64,000 bases of DNA. It comes from an uncultured Clostridiaceae bacterium (lineage in GTDB: Bacteria > Bacillota > Clostridia > TANB77 > CAG-508). The notes beneath the pieces are model-generated. The model was not told where the DNA came from. It saw only the letters and a program-made list of their open reading frames with translations, and searched no databases. The position numbers were made by a program, and so were the translations under genes. The stretch lies in contig CAOJVB010000006.1 in assembly GCA_948444845.1 (NCBI GenBank), positions 1,252-65,251 of the forward strand. Reading direction: 5' to 3'. Of the stretch, positions 20,864 to 31,283 are shown one piece after another; the stretch's first letter is position 1, and every line of letters begins with the position of its first letter.

Positions 20864-21559
20864 TTATACTGGAATTACTTCAATCTCTTTGTCAAGGATG
20901 TATTCCCAGTACTTCACATTTTGCCCACCTTCTCCTTTGATGATACTCTCTATCTGTTCTGACACTACCAGCTTAATCACTGGTACATATTGCAACTTTT
21001 GGATATAAAAGATGCCGTAAAACCCTGTCTTTTCTCCGTTTGCTTTTACTGCTGGCAAAACTTTGATGTCTTCACCAATGCACTTATCAATTTCTGCATT
21101 CTTGATTTTAGCAACTTTCGCAGTTTTACCATTAAGTATCTTCATCAAGTAGTCTCTGTCTACTTTCGTGGGAACGCTCTTTGCTTGTTCCACTTTTCTC
21201 ATCACATTCTTTTTAGCTTCTGCTGCCTTTGCCACTGTTTTACGGCTGGGCACTGCCACTTTCATTTGACCAGTACATATATATACGTCGTTTGTACTGA
21301 CCACCTGCCGAAACACAGGCAATGTGACTACATCTTCTTCGTAAACTTCGGCATCCCAAAAGCGACATCTTTCATTCGCTTCAACCTTGTAAGCGAGACC
21401 CAGTTCCTGCAAAATCGCCTCATATTTTGCACTTACACAGGGTAACCACCGCTCAAATTTTACCTGATACCCTTGTCCGATTTGAAGCACATAATTTTTT
21501 GGAAGTGATTCAAATTTCACTGTTGTGTTCTTGGCTACTATGTTTTTCTTATTTTTCAT
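20864..21559 (-). CDS. Orphan protein in a visibly more G+C-rich island
   Basis: 231 aa ORF with zero-frame CGG codons at 21308-21310 and 21449-21451. No family recognised. Confidence 0.45.
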   Translation of the reverse strand: MKNKKNIVAKNTTVKFESLPKNYVLQIGQGYQVKFERWLPCVSAKYEAILQELGLAYKVEANERCRFWDAEVYEEDVVTLPVFRQVVSTNDVYICTGQMKVAVPSRKTVAKAAEAKKNVMRKVEQAKSVPTKVDRDYLMKILNGKTAKVAKIKNAEIDKCIGEDIKVLPAVKANGEKTGFYGIFYIQKLQYVPVIKLVVSEQIESIIKGEGGQNVKYWEYILDKEIEVIPV

Positions 21560-21775
21560 GATGCATCCTCCTTATAGGAAACCTTGTTAAATGTTCTATG
21601 TTTATATGATATCATATTATGTTAATTTTTTCAACCTTTTTTCTAAAATTTTCTCTTTTTTAATTTTTTCTATCTCTTTATATTTTTCAAACTTTTCTAA
21701 ATCTTATGATTATTTTTTACAACATCTTAAGTAATAACTATTAAAATATCCCAAAAAGAAAATAAAATAATATTT

Positions 21776-24694
21776 TTATTCATCTTTTGCTGTATTTATT
21801 TTTAATAATTTAAATATTTCTACTATTACTAATGGTGCAAATACTAAAGCTATTACCTCTATTACATTTCCTATTGGAAGTATTGGTATACTGAATATAT
21901 GCCTTAATGCTGGTATAAATAATATTATTAGCATTAGTAATGCCGATACCCCTATTGCTAGTAATAACTTTTTGTTGCTGGTTATTCCTGTTTTGAATAT
22001 TGATTTTTTGTTGTTTCTTATATTAAATACGTGTACTAGTTCTGATAGTGCTAATACTGTAAATGCCATTGCCTGACCTATTTCTACTTTTACTTTTTCT
22101 TTTGCTACAAGTTGTGCTCCATTTTGAATTAGTTCGTTTATGTTTTCTATTTCGCTTGCTGATATTATTTTTCCTTCATATTCTAGTATTGTTGGCAAAC
22201 TTTCTTCTGGAGTTGCTAAACCTATTATGAAGGCAAAAAGTGTAAGTAAGCCTATCATTATTCCTTGATATATTACTCTAAATGTCATTCCTTTTGTGAA
22301 TATTCCTTTTTTGCTGTTTATTGGCTTTCTTTCCATTATGTCTTTTTCTGCTGGGTCAAATGCTAGCGCTAGAGCTGGAAGTGAGTCTGTTACTAGGTTT
22401 ATCCATAGAATGTGCACAGGAAGCAATACTTCTATTAGGTTTATATCTATTCCAAATGTTTTTCCAAGCCATGGTGTTATTAGTATTGCTACAAATAGTA
22501 CTACTATTTCACCTACATTACTTGATAGTAAGAATTGAATTGCTTTTAATATATTATCATATATACGTCTTCCTTCTTCTACTGCTGATACTACTGTTGC
22601 AAAGTTATCGTCTGTTAGTATTACATCTGATGCTTCTTTCGCTACATCTGTTCCTACCATTCCCATTGAACAACCTATATCTGCTGTTTTTAGAGCTGGA
22701 CTATCGTTTACTCCATCTCCTGTCATTGCAACTACTTCTCCGTTTTTTTGCCATGCTTTTACTATTCTTACTTTGTGTTCTGGGCTTACTCTTGCATATA
22801 CACTGTATTTTCTTACGTTTTTTACTAGGTCTTCATCAGTCATTTTTTCAAGTTCACTACCTGTTATTGCTTCTTCTTCTTTTTGCAGAATTCCTAGTTT
22901 TTTTGCTATTGCTATTGCTGTGATTTTATGATCTCCTGTAATCATTACTGTTTTTATTCCTGCTTTTTTACATTTTTCTACAGCTTTTTTTGCTTCTTCT
23001 CTTGGTGGATCTATCATTCCTGCCATTCCTACATATATCAGATTTGTTTCTATGTTTTTCATTTCTTCTTTTGTTGGTTTATGATCTAGCTCTTTATAAC
23101 CAAATGCAAGTACTCTTAATGCTTCTTTTGCCATTTCTTCATTTTTTTGTTCTATTTGCTTTTTATACTCATTTATGTTTTCTTGTACATTTCCATCTAT
23201 TATATAACCACTACATCTATTTAAAAGTTCATCTACTCCGCCTTTCGTGTATACTAAATATTTATTTCCTACTTGATGAACTGTTGTCATTAGCTTTCTT
23301 TCTGAATCAAATGGTAGTTCTTCTACTCTTTCAAATTGTTCATATATTGATGGTTCAAATGCTAGCTTAAAGCCCATATCTACTAGGGCTGTTTCTGTTG
23401 GGTCTCCTGCTAAGGTGTTGTTTGTTGTTATTTTTGTGTCATTGCAAAGCATTGCTATATGAACTAATCTTTCTAGGTCTGCTATTTGGGTTATGTCTGT
23501 TTCTGCTTTTTCTAAAGTTTCTATGTCCATTAGTTCATTATCTGTATATATTTTTTGTACTGTCATTTTGTTTTGTGTTAATGTTCCTGTTTTGTCTGAA
23601 CATATTACTGTGGCACTTCCTAGAGTTTCTACTGCTGGTAGTTTTTTTACTATTGCATTTTTCTTAACCATTTTTTGTACGCCTATTGCTAAAACAATAG
23701 TTGATACTGCGGCTAATCCTTCTGGTATTGCTGCTACTGCTAAACTTACTGCTGTCATAAACATATCTATAGGATTTTTACCATATAGTATTCCTATTAC
23801 AAATATTATTGCACAAATTACTAATGCTACTATTCCTAGTGTTTTTCCTAATTGGTTTAGCTTTTTTTGTAGAGGTGTTTCTACTTCCCCAGTTTGACTT
23901 AAAATACCTGCTATTTTACCTACCTCAGTATTCATTCCTATATCACATACTATTCCTTTTCCTCTTCCATATGTTATTAAACTAGATGAGAATAACATGT
24001 TGCTTCTATCCCCTATACCTATTTCTTTCTCTTCTATTGCTTCAGTATCTTTTTCTACTGGTACAGATTCTCCTGTTAATGATGATTCTTGTGATTTTAA
24101 GTTTACTGCTTCTACTAGCCTTAAGTCTGCTGGTACATAGTCTCCTGTTTCTAAAACTACTATATCTCCTGGAACAAGCTTACTTGATGGTATTACAGTT
24201 TGCACTCCATTTCTTATAGTTTTTGCATTATGACTACTTAATTTTTGTAATGCTTCTAATGATTTTTCTGCTTTGTTTTCTTGTGCTACTCCTATAACCG
24301 CATTTACTATTACTACTATTAATATAATTATTGTGTCTGTTATTCCTTCTCCTTGTGCTATTCCAACTCCTCCTGATACAAGTGCTGCTATTATTAATAC
24401 TATTATCATAAAGTCTTTAAATTGTTCTAAAAATTTTACTACTACACTTTTCTTTTTCTTTTCTTCTAACTTATTTTCTCCATATTTACTTTTCTTTTCT
24501 TCTACTTGTTTTTCATTTAAACCTGTTTCTAAGTTGGTTTCTAATTCTTTGCATGCTTCTTCTATACTTTTATTAAACCATTGCTTTTCCAAATTAACCC
24601 TCTCCTTTATATTTATTATATACAAAAAATAGACTTTTAAAGAATTTTTTACATTTTTTAATGCACCTCCTTCTTTAAAAGTCTTGCTTACCAT
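21776..24694 (-). CDS. P-type Ca2+-transporting ATPase (PMCA/SERCA-like, P2 type)
   Basis: Motifs DKTGTLT, TGDHKITA, MTGDGVNDSPALK, TGES. The real start is probably TTG at 24592 (AAGGAGAG RBS), giving the usual WFNKSIEEACKEL N-terminus. Confidence 0.9.
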   Translation of the reverse strand: MVSKTFKEGGALKNVKNSLKVYFLYIINIKERVNLEKQWFNKSIEEACKELETNLETGLNEKQVEEKKSKYGENKLEEKKKKSVVVKFLEQFKDFMIIVLIIAALVSGGVGIAQGEGITDTIIILIVVIVNAVIGVAQENKAEKSLEALQKLSSHNAKTIRNGVQTVIPSSKLVPGDIVVLETGDYVPADLRLVEAVNLKSQESSLTGESVPVEKDTEAIEEKEIGIGDRSNMLFSSSLITYGRGKGIVCDIGMNTEVGKIAGILSQTGEVETPLQKKLNQLGKTLGIVALVICAIIFVIGILYGKNPIDMFMTAVSLAVAAIPEGLAAVSTIVLAIGVQKMVKKNAIVKKLPAVETLGSATVICSDKTGTLTQNKMTVQKIYTDNELMDIETLEKAETDITQIADLERLVHIAMLCNDTKITTNNTLAGDPTETALVDMGFKLAFEPSIYEQFERVEELPFDSERKLMTTVHQVGNKYLVYTKGGVDELLNRCSGYIIDGNVQENINEYKKQIEQKNEEMAKEALRVLAFGYKELDHKPTKEEMKNIETNLIYVGMAGMIDPPREEAKKAVEKCKKAGIKTVMITGDHKITAIAIAKKLGILQKEEEAITGSELEKMTDEDLVKNVRKYSVYARVSPEHKVRIVKAWQKNGEVVAMTGDGVNDSPALKTADIGCSMGMVGTDVAKEASDVILTDDNFATVVSAVEEGRRIYDNILKAIQFLLSSNVGEIVVLFVAILITPWLGKTFGIDINLIEVLLPVHILWINLVTDSLPALALAFDPAEKDIMERKPINSKKGIFTKGMTFRVIYQGIMIGLLTLFAFIIGLATPEESLPTILEYEGKIISASEIENINELIQNGAQLVAKEKVKVEIGQAMAFTVLALSELVHVFNIRNNKKSIFKTGITSNKKLLLAIGVSALLMLIILFIPALRHIFSIPILPIGNVIEVIALVFAPLVIVEIFKLLKINTAKDE

Positions 24695-24881
24695 ATAGGT
24701 TACTAACCAGATTTTTTTGTTTCGCGATTGTTGATTAGTAGTTTATAAGCTACTCCCTTTTAAACTTTATTTATTTTATCATTTGTTTTTTTATTTTGCA
24801 ATATTTTTTTTGCATTTAAGTTGCACTTTTTTTCTTTTTTGTTTATAATAAATTTGTTTAAATTTTGATAGGAGTTTTAGT

Positions 24882-25235
24882 ATGGAACATTGGAGTGTTG
24901 AGGATTATAAAAATTTTACAGATAGTAAAAAGAAAAAAAGTAAATATAGAGCTAATAAGGTTTCTATTGATGGGCATACTTTTGACAGTCAAAAAGAAGC
25001 AGATTATTATTGTGAGCTTAAATTACGTCTTCAAGCAAACGAGATTAATGGTTTTTGCTTACAACCTACTTTTATATTAGCACCTAGTTTAAAGTACAAA
25101 GCTGACTTTATTATTTTTAACAAAGATAATTCTACTGAAGTCATTGATGTTAAAGGTTTTAAAACTAAAGAATATATTGCTAAGAAAAAGGTTTTTGAGG
25201 ATAAATTTAATTTAAAAATAACTGAAATCGAATAA
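24882..25235 (+). CDS. DUF1064-family protein (phage-associated)
   Basis: KYRANKVSIDGHTFDSQKEADYYCELKL matches my memory of the DUF1064 pattern (NKKT.VDGI.FDSKKEA.RY.EL). Confidence 0.65.
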   Translation: MEHWSVEDYKNFTDSKKKKSKYRANKVSIDGHTFDSQKEADYYCELKLRLQANEINGFCLQPTFILAPSLKYKADFIIFNKDNSTEVIDVKGFKTKEYIAKKKVFEDKFNLKITEIE

Positions 25236-25367
25236 TGTGTTAAAAGCTTTTTCTGTTATACAAAATTAGAGTAAGTTCAACCATTATATTGGTAAAATTT
25301 ACTCTATTATTTGATAAATTATAGTACTAATTTTAAGACTGCCTCTTTAACTATAATTGTTATTATT

Positions 25368-25724
25368 TTATTCATTTGTTTGTATTTCTTCAGTTGTTTC
25401 TTCTATTATTGCTTCTACCGTTTCTTCCGGTTGTATACTTACTGATGTAGCTATTGGTGTACTTCCAAATGTAAATACTTTTTTGGTCGCTTTTTGTTTT
25501 TCTTCAAATTTTTTGTAAAATTCTTCTTTTGCTTCTTTTAGTGTTTCTTCCATTGCATTAAACATTTCTTCTATGTCTTGTTTTGTAAAGTCATAAGTAT
25601 TGCTTCTTGCCATTGGCTCTAATATTTGTATGTCATGTAATACATTATTTACTCTTTTACCTGCATTTTCTATAAATTTGTTTCTTTTTTCTTCATTTAC
25701 TTCTCTTTCCATTTTGTTTCTCAC
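25368..25724 (-). CDS. Hypothetical acidic protein
   Basis: 118 aa ORF; no family recognised. Confidence 0.45.
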   Translation of the reverse strand: MRNKMEREVNEEKRNKFIENAGKRVNNVLHDIQILEPMARSNTYDFTKQDIEEMFNAMEETLKEAKEEFYKKFEEKQKATKKVFTFGSTPIATSVSIQPEETVEAIIEETTEEIQTNE

Positions 25725-25911
25725 TCCTTATTTTATTGTATTTTTTCTTCTTTTATAAAATATCACAACTTTTTACAAAATTCAAATGTTTTTCTAATTT
25801 TCTTAAGAAATTATTACTATATAATTATAATTTTCTATATTAATAATTATTTTTTATTTTGTTTGTATTTTAGAATTTTCATTTTGTGGCAAAGCATAGG
25901 AAAGTATTTTT

Positions 25912-26824
25912 TTATTTTCTTATTTTAGCAATAAAGAATCCTTCATAATTTTTAGTAGGTTTGACACAAAGTGTTCCTTCTATTTTTGTTGGTAATAGTG
26001 GTAATTCCTCTTTTCCTTCAAATTCAATTGGTATTATTTTAGCATTACTTTCTTGTAATATCTTATTTACTATTTCTTCATTTTCACAATTAAGTATCGA
26101 ACAAGTTGAATATACCATTTCATGGCCTGGCTTTAATATTTTTATTGCTTTTTTTAGAAGTTGTAATTGAGAGGTTGTACTTTTTTCTATTAGTTTTTTT
26201 GTAAATGTTTTTTCTATATTAGCATCGTTTATGCTTAGTATTCCGCTTCCGTGAGCATGGTGCATCTAATAAAATTTGGTCAAATGAGAAAAAGTCATCA
26301 ATTCTTCTGCTGTCTGTTTGCATTGTGTATACTGAAGTTGCCCCTTGTTTTTCTATGTTATATTTTAGACGTTCCAACCTAATAGTGTTCATTTCACAAG
26401 CTGTAATATGTGCTTTATTTTGTGTTAGCACTGCAAGCTGGGTGGTTTTACCTCCTGGTGCTGCTGCCATATCTAATATGTCGTAGCCTTCTTTGGGATT
26501 TAGAATAATTGGTGGTAACATTGATGATAAGCTTTGTAAATATATTTCTCCGTTTTTATACATTTCTAGGCTTTCTATTTCTTTTTCAGTGCTATTTTTT
26601 ATTATAAATGCTTCTTTGCTCCAAGGTACTTTTTCAAATTCAATTCCTAATTCTTTTAATTTGTTTTCTATTTCTATAACAGCTACTTTTAATGTATTTA
26701 CTCTAAAAGTAACTGGTCTTTTTACGTTGTATCCTTCTATTATTTCTTTTGTTATTTCTTCTCCATATTGTTTTTTTAACATTTCTTTTAAAAACTCTGG
26801 TATATTTGTTGCTTCTTGATTCAT
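25912..26824 (-). CDS. RsmB/RsmF-like SAM-dependent RNA m5C methyltransferase; continuous only with a +1 shift at CGG_A
   Basis: ILDMAAAPGGKT (SAM motif I). The break at 26248-26251 restores LLDAPCSGSGILS (motif IV), followed by YSTCS (motif VI). Length is 913 nt, i.e. 304 codons plus 1. Confidence 0.8.
26248..26251 (-). other. +1 frame break at in-frame CGG_A (RsmB/F-like methyltransferase)
   Basis: TGC TCA C GGA AGC GGA ATA reads C S [C] G S G I. Confidence 0.9.
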
Positions 26825-26854
26825 ATAAACTTCCTATCTTTCTTTTAACAAAAT

Positions 26855-27049
26855 TTACATTATATCTGATTTTCTAGGCATTACAATTGCTGCAATAATA
26901 TATGCTAATATTCCACTTCCTGCACATGCTGTAAATAGTATCCATGCTAACCTAACTAACGTAGGATCTATATCAAAATATTCTGCTATTCCTCCACATA
27001 CTCCATCTAATTTTTTCCCTTGTTCAATTTTATACAATCTCTTTTTCAT
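26855..27049 (-). CDS. PspC-domain membrane protein
   Basis: KLDGVCGGIAEYFDIDPTLVRLAWIL is a typical PspC domain. Confidence 0.75.
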   Translation of the reverse strand: MKKRLYKIEQGKKLDGVCGGIAEYFDIDPTLVRLAWILFTACAGSGILAYIIAAIVMPRKSDIM

Positions 27050-27066
27050 TTATTTTATCTCCTAAA

Positions 27067-27222
27067 TTATTTTTTATCTTCTTTCATTTCTTTTTCAAAT
27101 TTTTCTTGTGCCTCTTTTATAAATATTCTACTTCTTCCACAGATCGGATTATTTAATGGGCAATGGTTATAGCAACCTCTACATGTTAGTTTTGCTAAAT
27201 ATTCTTGAAATTTTTCTTCCAT
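27067..27222 (-). CDS. Possible small Cys-rich protein (51 aa)
   Basis: Own translation gives MEEKFQEYLAKLTCRGCYNHCPLNNPICGRSRIFIKEAQEKFEKEMKEDKK. It is below the ORF-track size cutoff. Confidence 0.3.
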   Translation of the reverse strand: MEEKFQEYLAKLTCRGCYNHCPLNNPICGRSRIFIKEAQEKFEKEMKEDKK

Positions 27223-27296
27223 TTTCTTGCTCCTTTCATAATATCATTATATATAGTTTTTATTTTAATATATATAAATGCAAAAGGTGTCTAATT

Positions 27297-27911
27297 TTAT
27301 TGCTTTTTAAAATATTCTTTTCCCACCTTACATATAGGACACTGAAAATTTTCTGGTAGCTCTTCGCCATAGTATATATAACCACATACTGAACATATCC
27401 ATGCTGTTTTTCCTTTTTCGGTAGTAACTTTTAATAGTTCTTCTTTATGTTCTTGATAGTATCCATAGCTCATTGGTTCTTTTTCTTGGAAAACATCTGC
27501 TTCTATCATTTTTCCTATGAATAGTGTATGTGTATCATTTTCTATACTATCTACTATTTCACATACCATATAGCCTATCCCATCATTTATAACATCTATT
27601 TCTTCTATTTTTGTTGTTTCTATATTTTCAAATTTATTTATTTCTCTTGATGTGTTGAAACCGAATGTTTTAATTATTTCTGGGTTTACATCTTTACTTA
27701 ATACTGATATAGCAAATTTATTGTGTTTTTTTAATAGTTCATTAGTATAATTACTTTTCATTACAGCTACTGATATTAGAGGCTCGTCTCCTGCACTTAC
27801 TTGTGATACTGCATCTACTATGCATCCTCCTTCTTTTGTTGTTAATACATACATTCCTTGTGTTATTTTTCTTGTTATTTTTATATTTTTCAAAGTTTCT
27901 CTTCCTTTCAT
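27297..27911 (-). CDS. Flavin reductase-like domain fused to a C-terminal rubredoxin
   Basis: The N-terminal part is flavin reductase-like. The C-terminal WICSVCGYIYYGEELPENFQCPICKVGKEYF is a rubredoxin CxxC...CxxC. Confidence 0.8.
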   Translation of the reverse strand: MKGRETLKNIKITRKITQGMYVLTTKEGGCIVDAVSQVSAGDEPLISVAVMKSNYTNELLKKHNKFAISVLSKDVNPEIIKTFGFNTSREINKFENIETTKIEEIDVINDGIGYMVCEIVDSIENDTHTLFIGKMIEADVFQEKEPMSYGYYQEHKEELLKVTTEKGKTAWICSVCGYIYYGEELPENFQCPICKVGKEYFKKQ

Positions 27912-28043
27912 TATATACTTATTTCATATTCATATTAGCATAAAAGCAAATAATTAGCAAGGCTAACTATTTGCTTTTTTATTGAATAGGAAAGATCGAT
28001 TTCAAATGCAAATATTTCTCTATCTTTCATAAACGTCCCCCAA

Positions 28044-29282
28044 TTATATCTTTTCATATTGTTTTTTACACTCTTTTATTCCTAAAATATTTAATCCTTT
28101 TTGTATATTCTCATTTTTCATGAAGTACTTCCATATTGTTCCTGCTAAATAATTTTCTATCATTAACATTGATATTCCTTTATCTATTCCTATTACTTCT
28201 TTTGAATACCACTCTTCATTTTCTAAATTGTAAGCATCTTTGAAACCATATTTACACCATAGTTTTGGGTAATTATTATAAAAATTTTCTAATGCTTTTA
28301 TACTTAGTTCTGGGGTAAATACTATTGAGCCTGCTGGTCCACAAGGAGTTATTGTTCCGTCATTTTGTTTGTCTAAATTGGCTAAACTTGGTTTTGCTCC
28401 ATATCCACCACTGTATCCTTTTGGTCCCACACATGCAGTTAACCCCCATGAATTTTCCCCAAAGGTTTTAAATTTTTTGCTATTTTTTATACAATATTCT
28501 CTATTTGCAATAGTAGCTTTTATAGAGTTTTCAAACCAGTTAATTCCCTCTTCATCTACTTTATTTCTAAACTCTATCCATGCATGTGAAAACTGATATG
28601 TAAATAATGTTCCGCAATATGTATAAATAATATCTTCTATTCCTTCATAACTTTCCTTTTCTTTTCTTATATCATCATACATTGTTTTGTTTATAGGAAA
28701 TGTTGGTGAGCCTGCTCCAAGTACATATAACATTAGTTGTTCTGCATACATATCCCAGTGTCCCCAAAAGCCTTCTTCTGGTTTATATCCCATATAAAAA
28801 TAATTAGTTTCTTTATTTCTATACCATTCCCAATTAATTCTTTTATATAATTCTTCCGCTTTTTGTTTGATTTCTCCTTCAAAAAATTCTCCTGCACATA
28901 TTGCTCCACATATGAAAATTGCAGTATCTATTATTGATATTTCACAACTCCATTCTCTTTTTGCTGTATCCATATTTACAAAATGGTAGTAAAAGCCATT
29001 TTCTCCTTCTACATTATTTAAAAAGGTATCTAAAGTTTTATTTGCTCTTTTATATGCCTTTTTATAACTAATCCATTTTCGTTCTACTCCTATTACCAAT
29101 GCTGCAAGTCCATATCCAACAGATGCAATACTTGCAATATTGTTTGCATACATGTCCTTATCTCTAATTAGCCCATATCCTTTGCTGTTTTCATTTAAGT
29201 TACTTTCTTTAATAAAAAATTTGTAACTTCCTTTTAGTTCTTTAAGTAATAAATTATTACCATACTTTTTTAATATTCTCAA
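28044..29282 (-). CDS. Glucoamylase-family / (alpha/alpha)6-barrel glycoside hydrolase-like protein
   Basis: 412 aa. The assignment rests only on my recollection of similar sequences annotated as putative glucoamylase. Confidence 0.5.
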   Translation of the reverse strand: MRILKKYGNNLLLKELKGSYKFFIKESNLNENSKGYGLIRDKDMYANNIASIASVGYGLAALVIGVERKWISYKKAYKRANKTLDTFLNNVEGENGFYYHFVNMDTAKREWSCEISIIDTAIFICGAICAGEFFEGEIKQKAEELYKRINWEWYRNKETNYFYMGYKPEEGFWGHWDMYAEQLMLYVLGAGSPTFPINKTMYDDIRKEKESYEGIEDIIYTYCGTLFTYQFSHAWIEFRNKVDEEGINWFENSIKATIANREYCIKNSKKFKTFGENSWGLTACVGPKGYSGGYGAKPSLANLDKQNDGTITPCGPAGSIVFTPELSIKALENFYNNYPKLWCKYGFKDAYNLENEEWYSKEVIGIDKGISMLMIENYLAGTIWKYFMKNENIQKGLNILGIKECKKQYEKI

Positions 29283-29482
29283 AACACCACGTCCTTTAAA
29301 TTTATGTTAACATTTTTCTTTTTGATTTTCAATGGAAATTTATTCCCTAATAAGGTCATTTATTAATTATATAGTAAAAGTCAAAAAACAATCTGTGCTA
29401 TTTTTTATAACACAGATTGTAAAATGATTATTAAATATTTGTATTTATTAAATTCTTATATATTCACTCATAGTAAAAACTT

Positions 29483-30037
29483 CTACATTCGTTTTATTAC
29501 TTTGCAAGGGTTTCCAACTGCTACACTATTGGGTGGAATACTTTTATTTACTATGCTTCCTGCTCCTATTACAACATTATCTCCTATTGTGACTCCTGGA
29601 AGTACTACTACATTTCCTCCAATCCATACATTATTGCCTACTTTTATAGGTTTTGCATATTCTAATCCTTCATTTCTTTGTTTGTAGTCTAATGGGTGTG
29701 TAGCTGTATAAAAACTGCAATTTGGTGCTATAAATACATTATCTCCAAATTCCACCTTATTTCCATCTAAAATAGTTAAATTATGGTTTGAATAAAAGTT
29801 CTCTCCTACTTCTATATTGTAGCCATAATCACATATAAATGGCTGTTCTATTAGAAAGTTTTTTGCTGTTTTTCCTAGTATTGTTTTCATTAACTTTTTT
29901 CTTTCTTCAGTTTTTGAAGGTTTTATATTATTGTATTCATAGCATTTGTCTTTTGCTATATTTCTTTCTTTTATTAATTCTTCATCATAATTTGCATTAT
30001 ATATTTGACCTGCTAGCATCTTTTCTTTTTCAGTCAT
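29483..30037 (-). CDS. Sugar O-acetyltransferase (maltose/galactoside acetyltransferase family)
   Basis: MTEKEKMLAGQIYNANYDEEL N-terminus plus left-handed beta-helix hexapeptide repeats (GNNVWIGGNVVVLPGVTIGDNVVIGAGSIV). Confidence 0.85.
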   Translation of the reverse strand: MTEKEKMLAGQIYNANYDEELIKERNIAKDKCYEYNNIKPSKTEERKKLMKTILGKTAKNFLIEQPFICDYGYNIEVGENFYSNHNLTILDGNKVEFGDNVFIAPNCSFYTATHPLDYKQRNEGLEYAKPIKVGNNVWIGGNVVVLPGVTIGDNVVIGAGSIVNKSIPPNSVAVGNPCKVIKRM

Positions 30038-30135
30038 TTTCTCCTCCTTTTATACTTACTTTTTATAAAAAACAAGAATAATATTTTCTAAGCTCATTCT
30101 TCGCTAAGAAAATCTAATTCTTCCATAACTATCTT

Positions 30136-30477
30136 CTAAGGAAACTCACCGCTATCGCGGATGACTTTCCTAAGAATATAAAAATAATTATTCCCCTCTA
30201 AATACATAGTATTCTTTTTTATCCAAGGGCAACCAAATACAAACCTGTTTATTTGAAAGTTAAGTTTTGTTTGCTTTGTTTTTATTGTCATTTTTCCTAG
30301 TATAAATATATGGCTTATTTTGAAGTCTTGTATTTCTTCCCATGGTATAATAGCGTAAGTTTCTCCGTTTGTAGGGTATATTGTTATTCCTTTTTCGTTA
30401 AATAAAAAAAAGTAGTATTCTGTTTGCTCAAATTTTATATATGTTTTCCAAGGTGTTGGTATTACAGCGTTTGGCAT
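30136..30477 (-). CDS. Hypothetical protein; possibly continuous with an upstream ORF starting at 30556 via a +1 shift
   Basis: 113 aa ORF without a convincing RBS of its own. The upstream overlapping ORF has GAAGGA before the ATG at 30556. Confidence 0.4.
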   Translation of the reverse strand: MPNAVIPTPWKTYIKFEQTEYYFFLFNEKGITIYPTNGETYAIIPWEEIQDFKISHIFILGKMTIKTKQTKLNFQINRFVFGCPWIKKNTMYLEGNNYFYILRKVIRDSGEFP

Positions 30478-30653
30478 TGGTATATTTGTAACATATATTA
30501 TCTGTTTCTGTTATTTTATATTTTTCTATTATATTTTCTAGTTGTTTTGTAATCATATTTTTCCTTCTTGTATTGTAGGTCTTATTTCTTTTTAGAAAAA
30601 TTTTGAAAGACTTGGAAAGTTTTTGATGCATCCCAAATCTTTACATTACTTTT

Positions 30654-31283
30654 TTAATTGTTTTTAAAGAATAGTGAATCTGTTATGAAATCTCCAACAT
30701 TTTGCCATTCTTCTTTTAGTTCTTCTGTACAGTTAAAAGCTATTATTACTAATTTGTCATTATATGAGAAAAATATCATATTATTATATATTTTTGTATC
30801 TACTGCTTGTGACATTAATTTTATTTGACCAATATTATGTTTTTCTTCTTTGTAATAGTTTGAGCTTATTATTTCACTATTGTTTTTTAGTATTTTTTCC
30901 ATATATTCTTTGTAAGTTTCTATTTGTTCATTTTTCATTTCGTTTTGTGTTATGCTTATTGCAATATTCACAGTTGTATCGTCATTTGAAAATACTATGT
31001 TTGGTACATCTCCATTATATTTCTTATTTATTGTTTCGTAGTCTAATTGTTTAAAGGTTTTTGGAATTTTTACGTAGAATTGGTTTTCTTCTATATGAAT
31101 ATATTCAGTTTCTATTTGCTCTCCACTTTTAGTTTGCGTAGTTAATGTTTCATACTTTTTACTTTCTTTTTCAAGTTTTTTATTATCATTTGATATAACA
31201 ACTTGAATTATAATGCAAGCACTTATTATAATTACGAATATTGCACCTAATACTACTTTTATTGTTTTGTTCCCTTTTTTCAT
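30654..31283 (-). CDS. Membrane-anchored hypothetical protein
   Basis: 209 aa with an N-terminal TM anchor. Confidence 0.5.
   Translation of the reverse strand: MKKGNKTIKVVLGAIFVIIISACIIIQVVISNDNKKLEKESKKYETLTTQTKSGEQIETEYIHIEENQFYVKIPKTFKQLDYETINKKYNGDVPNIVFSNDDTTVNIAISITQNEMKNEQIETYKEYMEKILKNNSEIISSNYYKEEKHNIGQIKLMSQAVDTKIYNNMIFFSYNDKLVIIAFNCTEELKEEWQNVGDFITDSLFFKNN

Noticed and set aside
22321-22923. Long plus-strand Leu/Phe-rich ORFs antisense to real genes (also 51721-52755, 50587-51357, 47142-47765, 23493-23897 and many others in the track)
   Set aside because: They have a low-complexity composition typical of the antisense strand of AT-rich coding DNA, lack RBSs, and fully overlap well-supported minus-strand genes.
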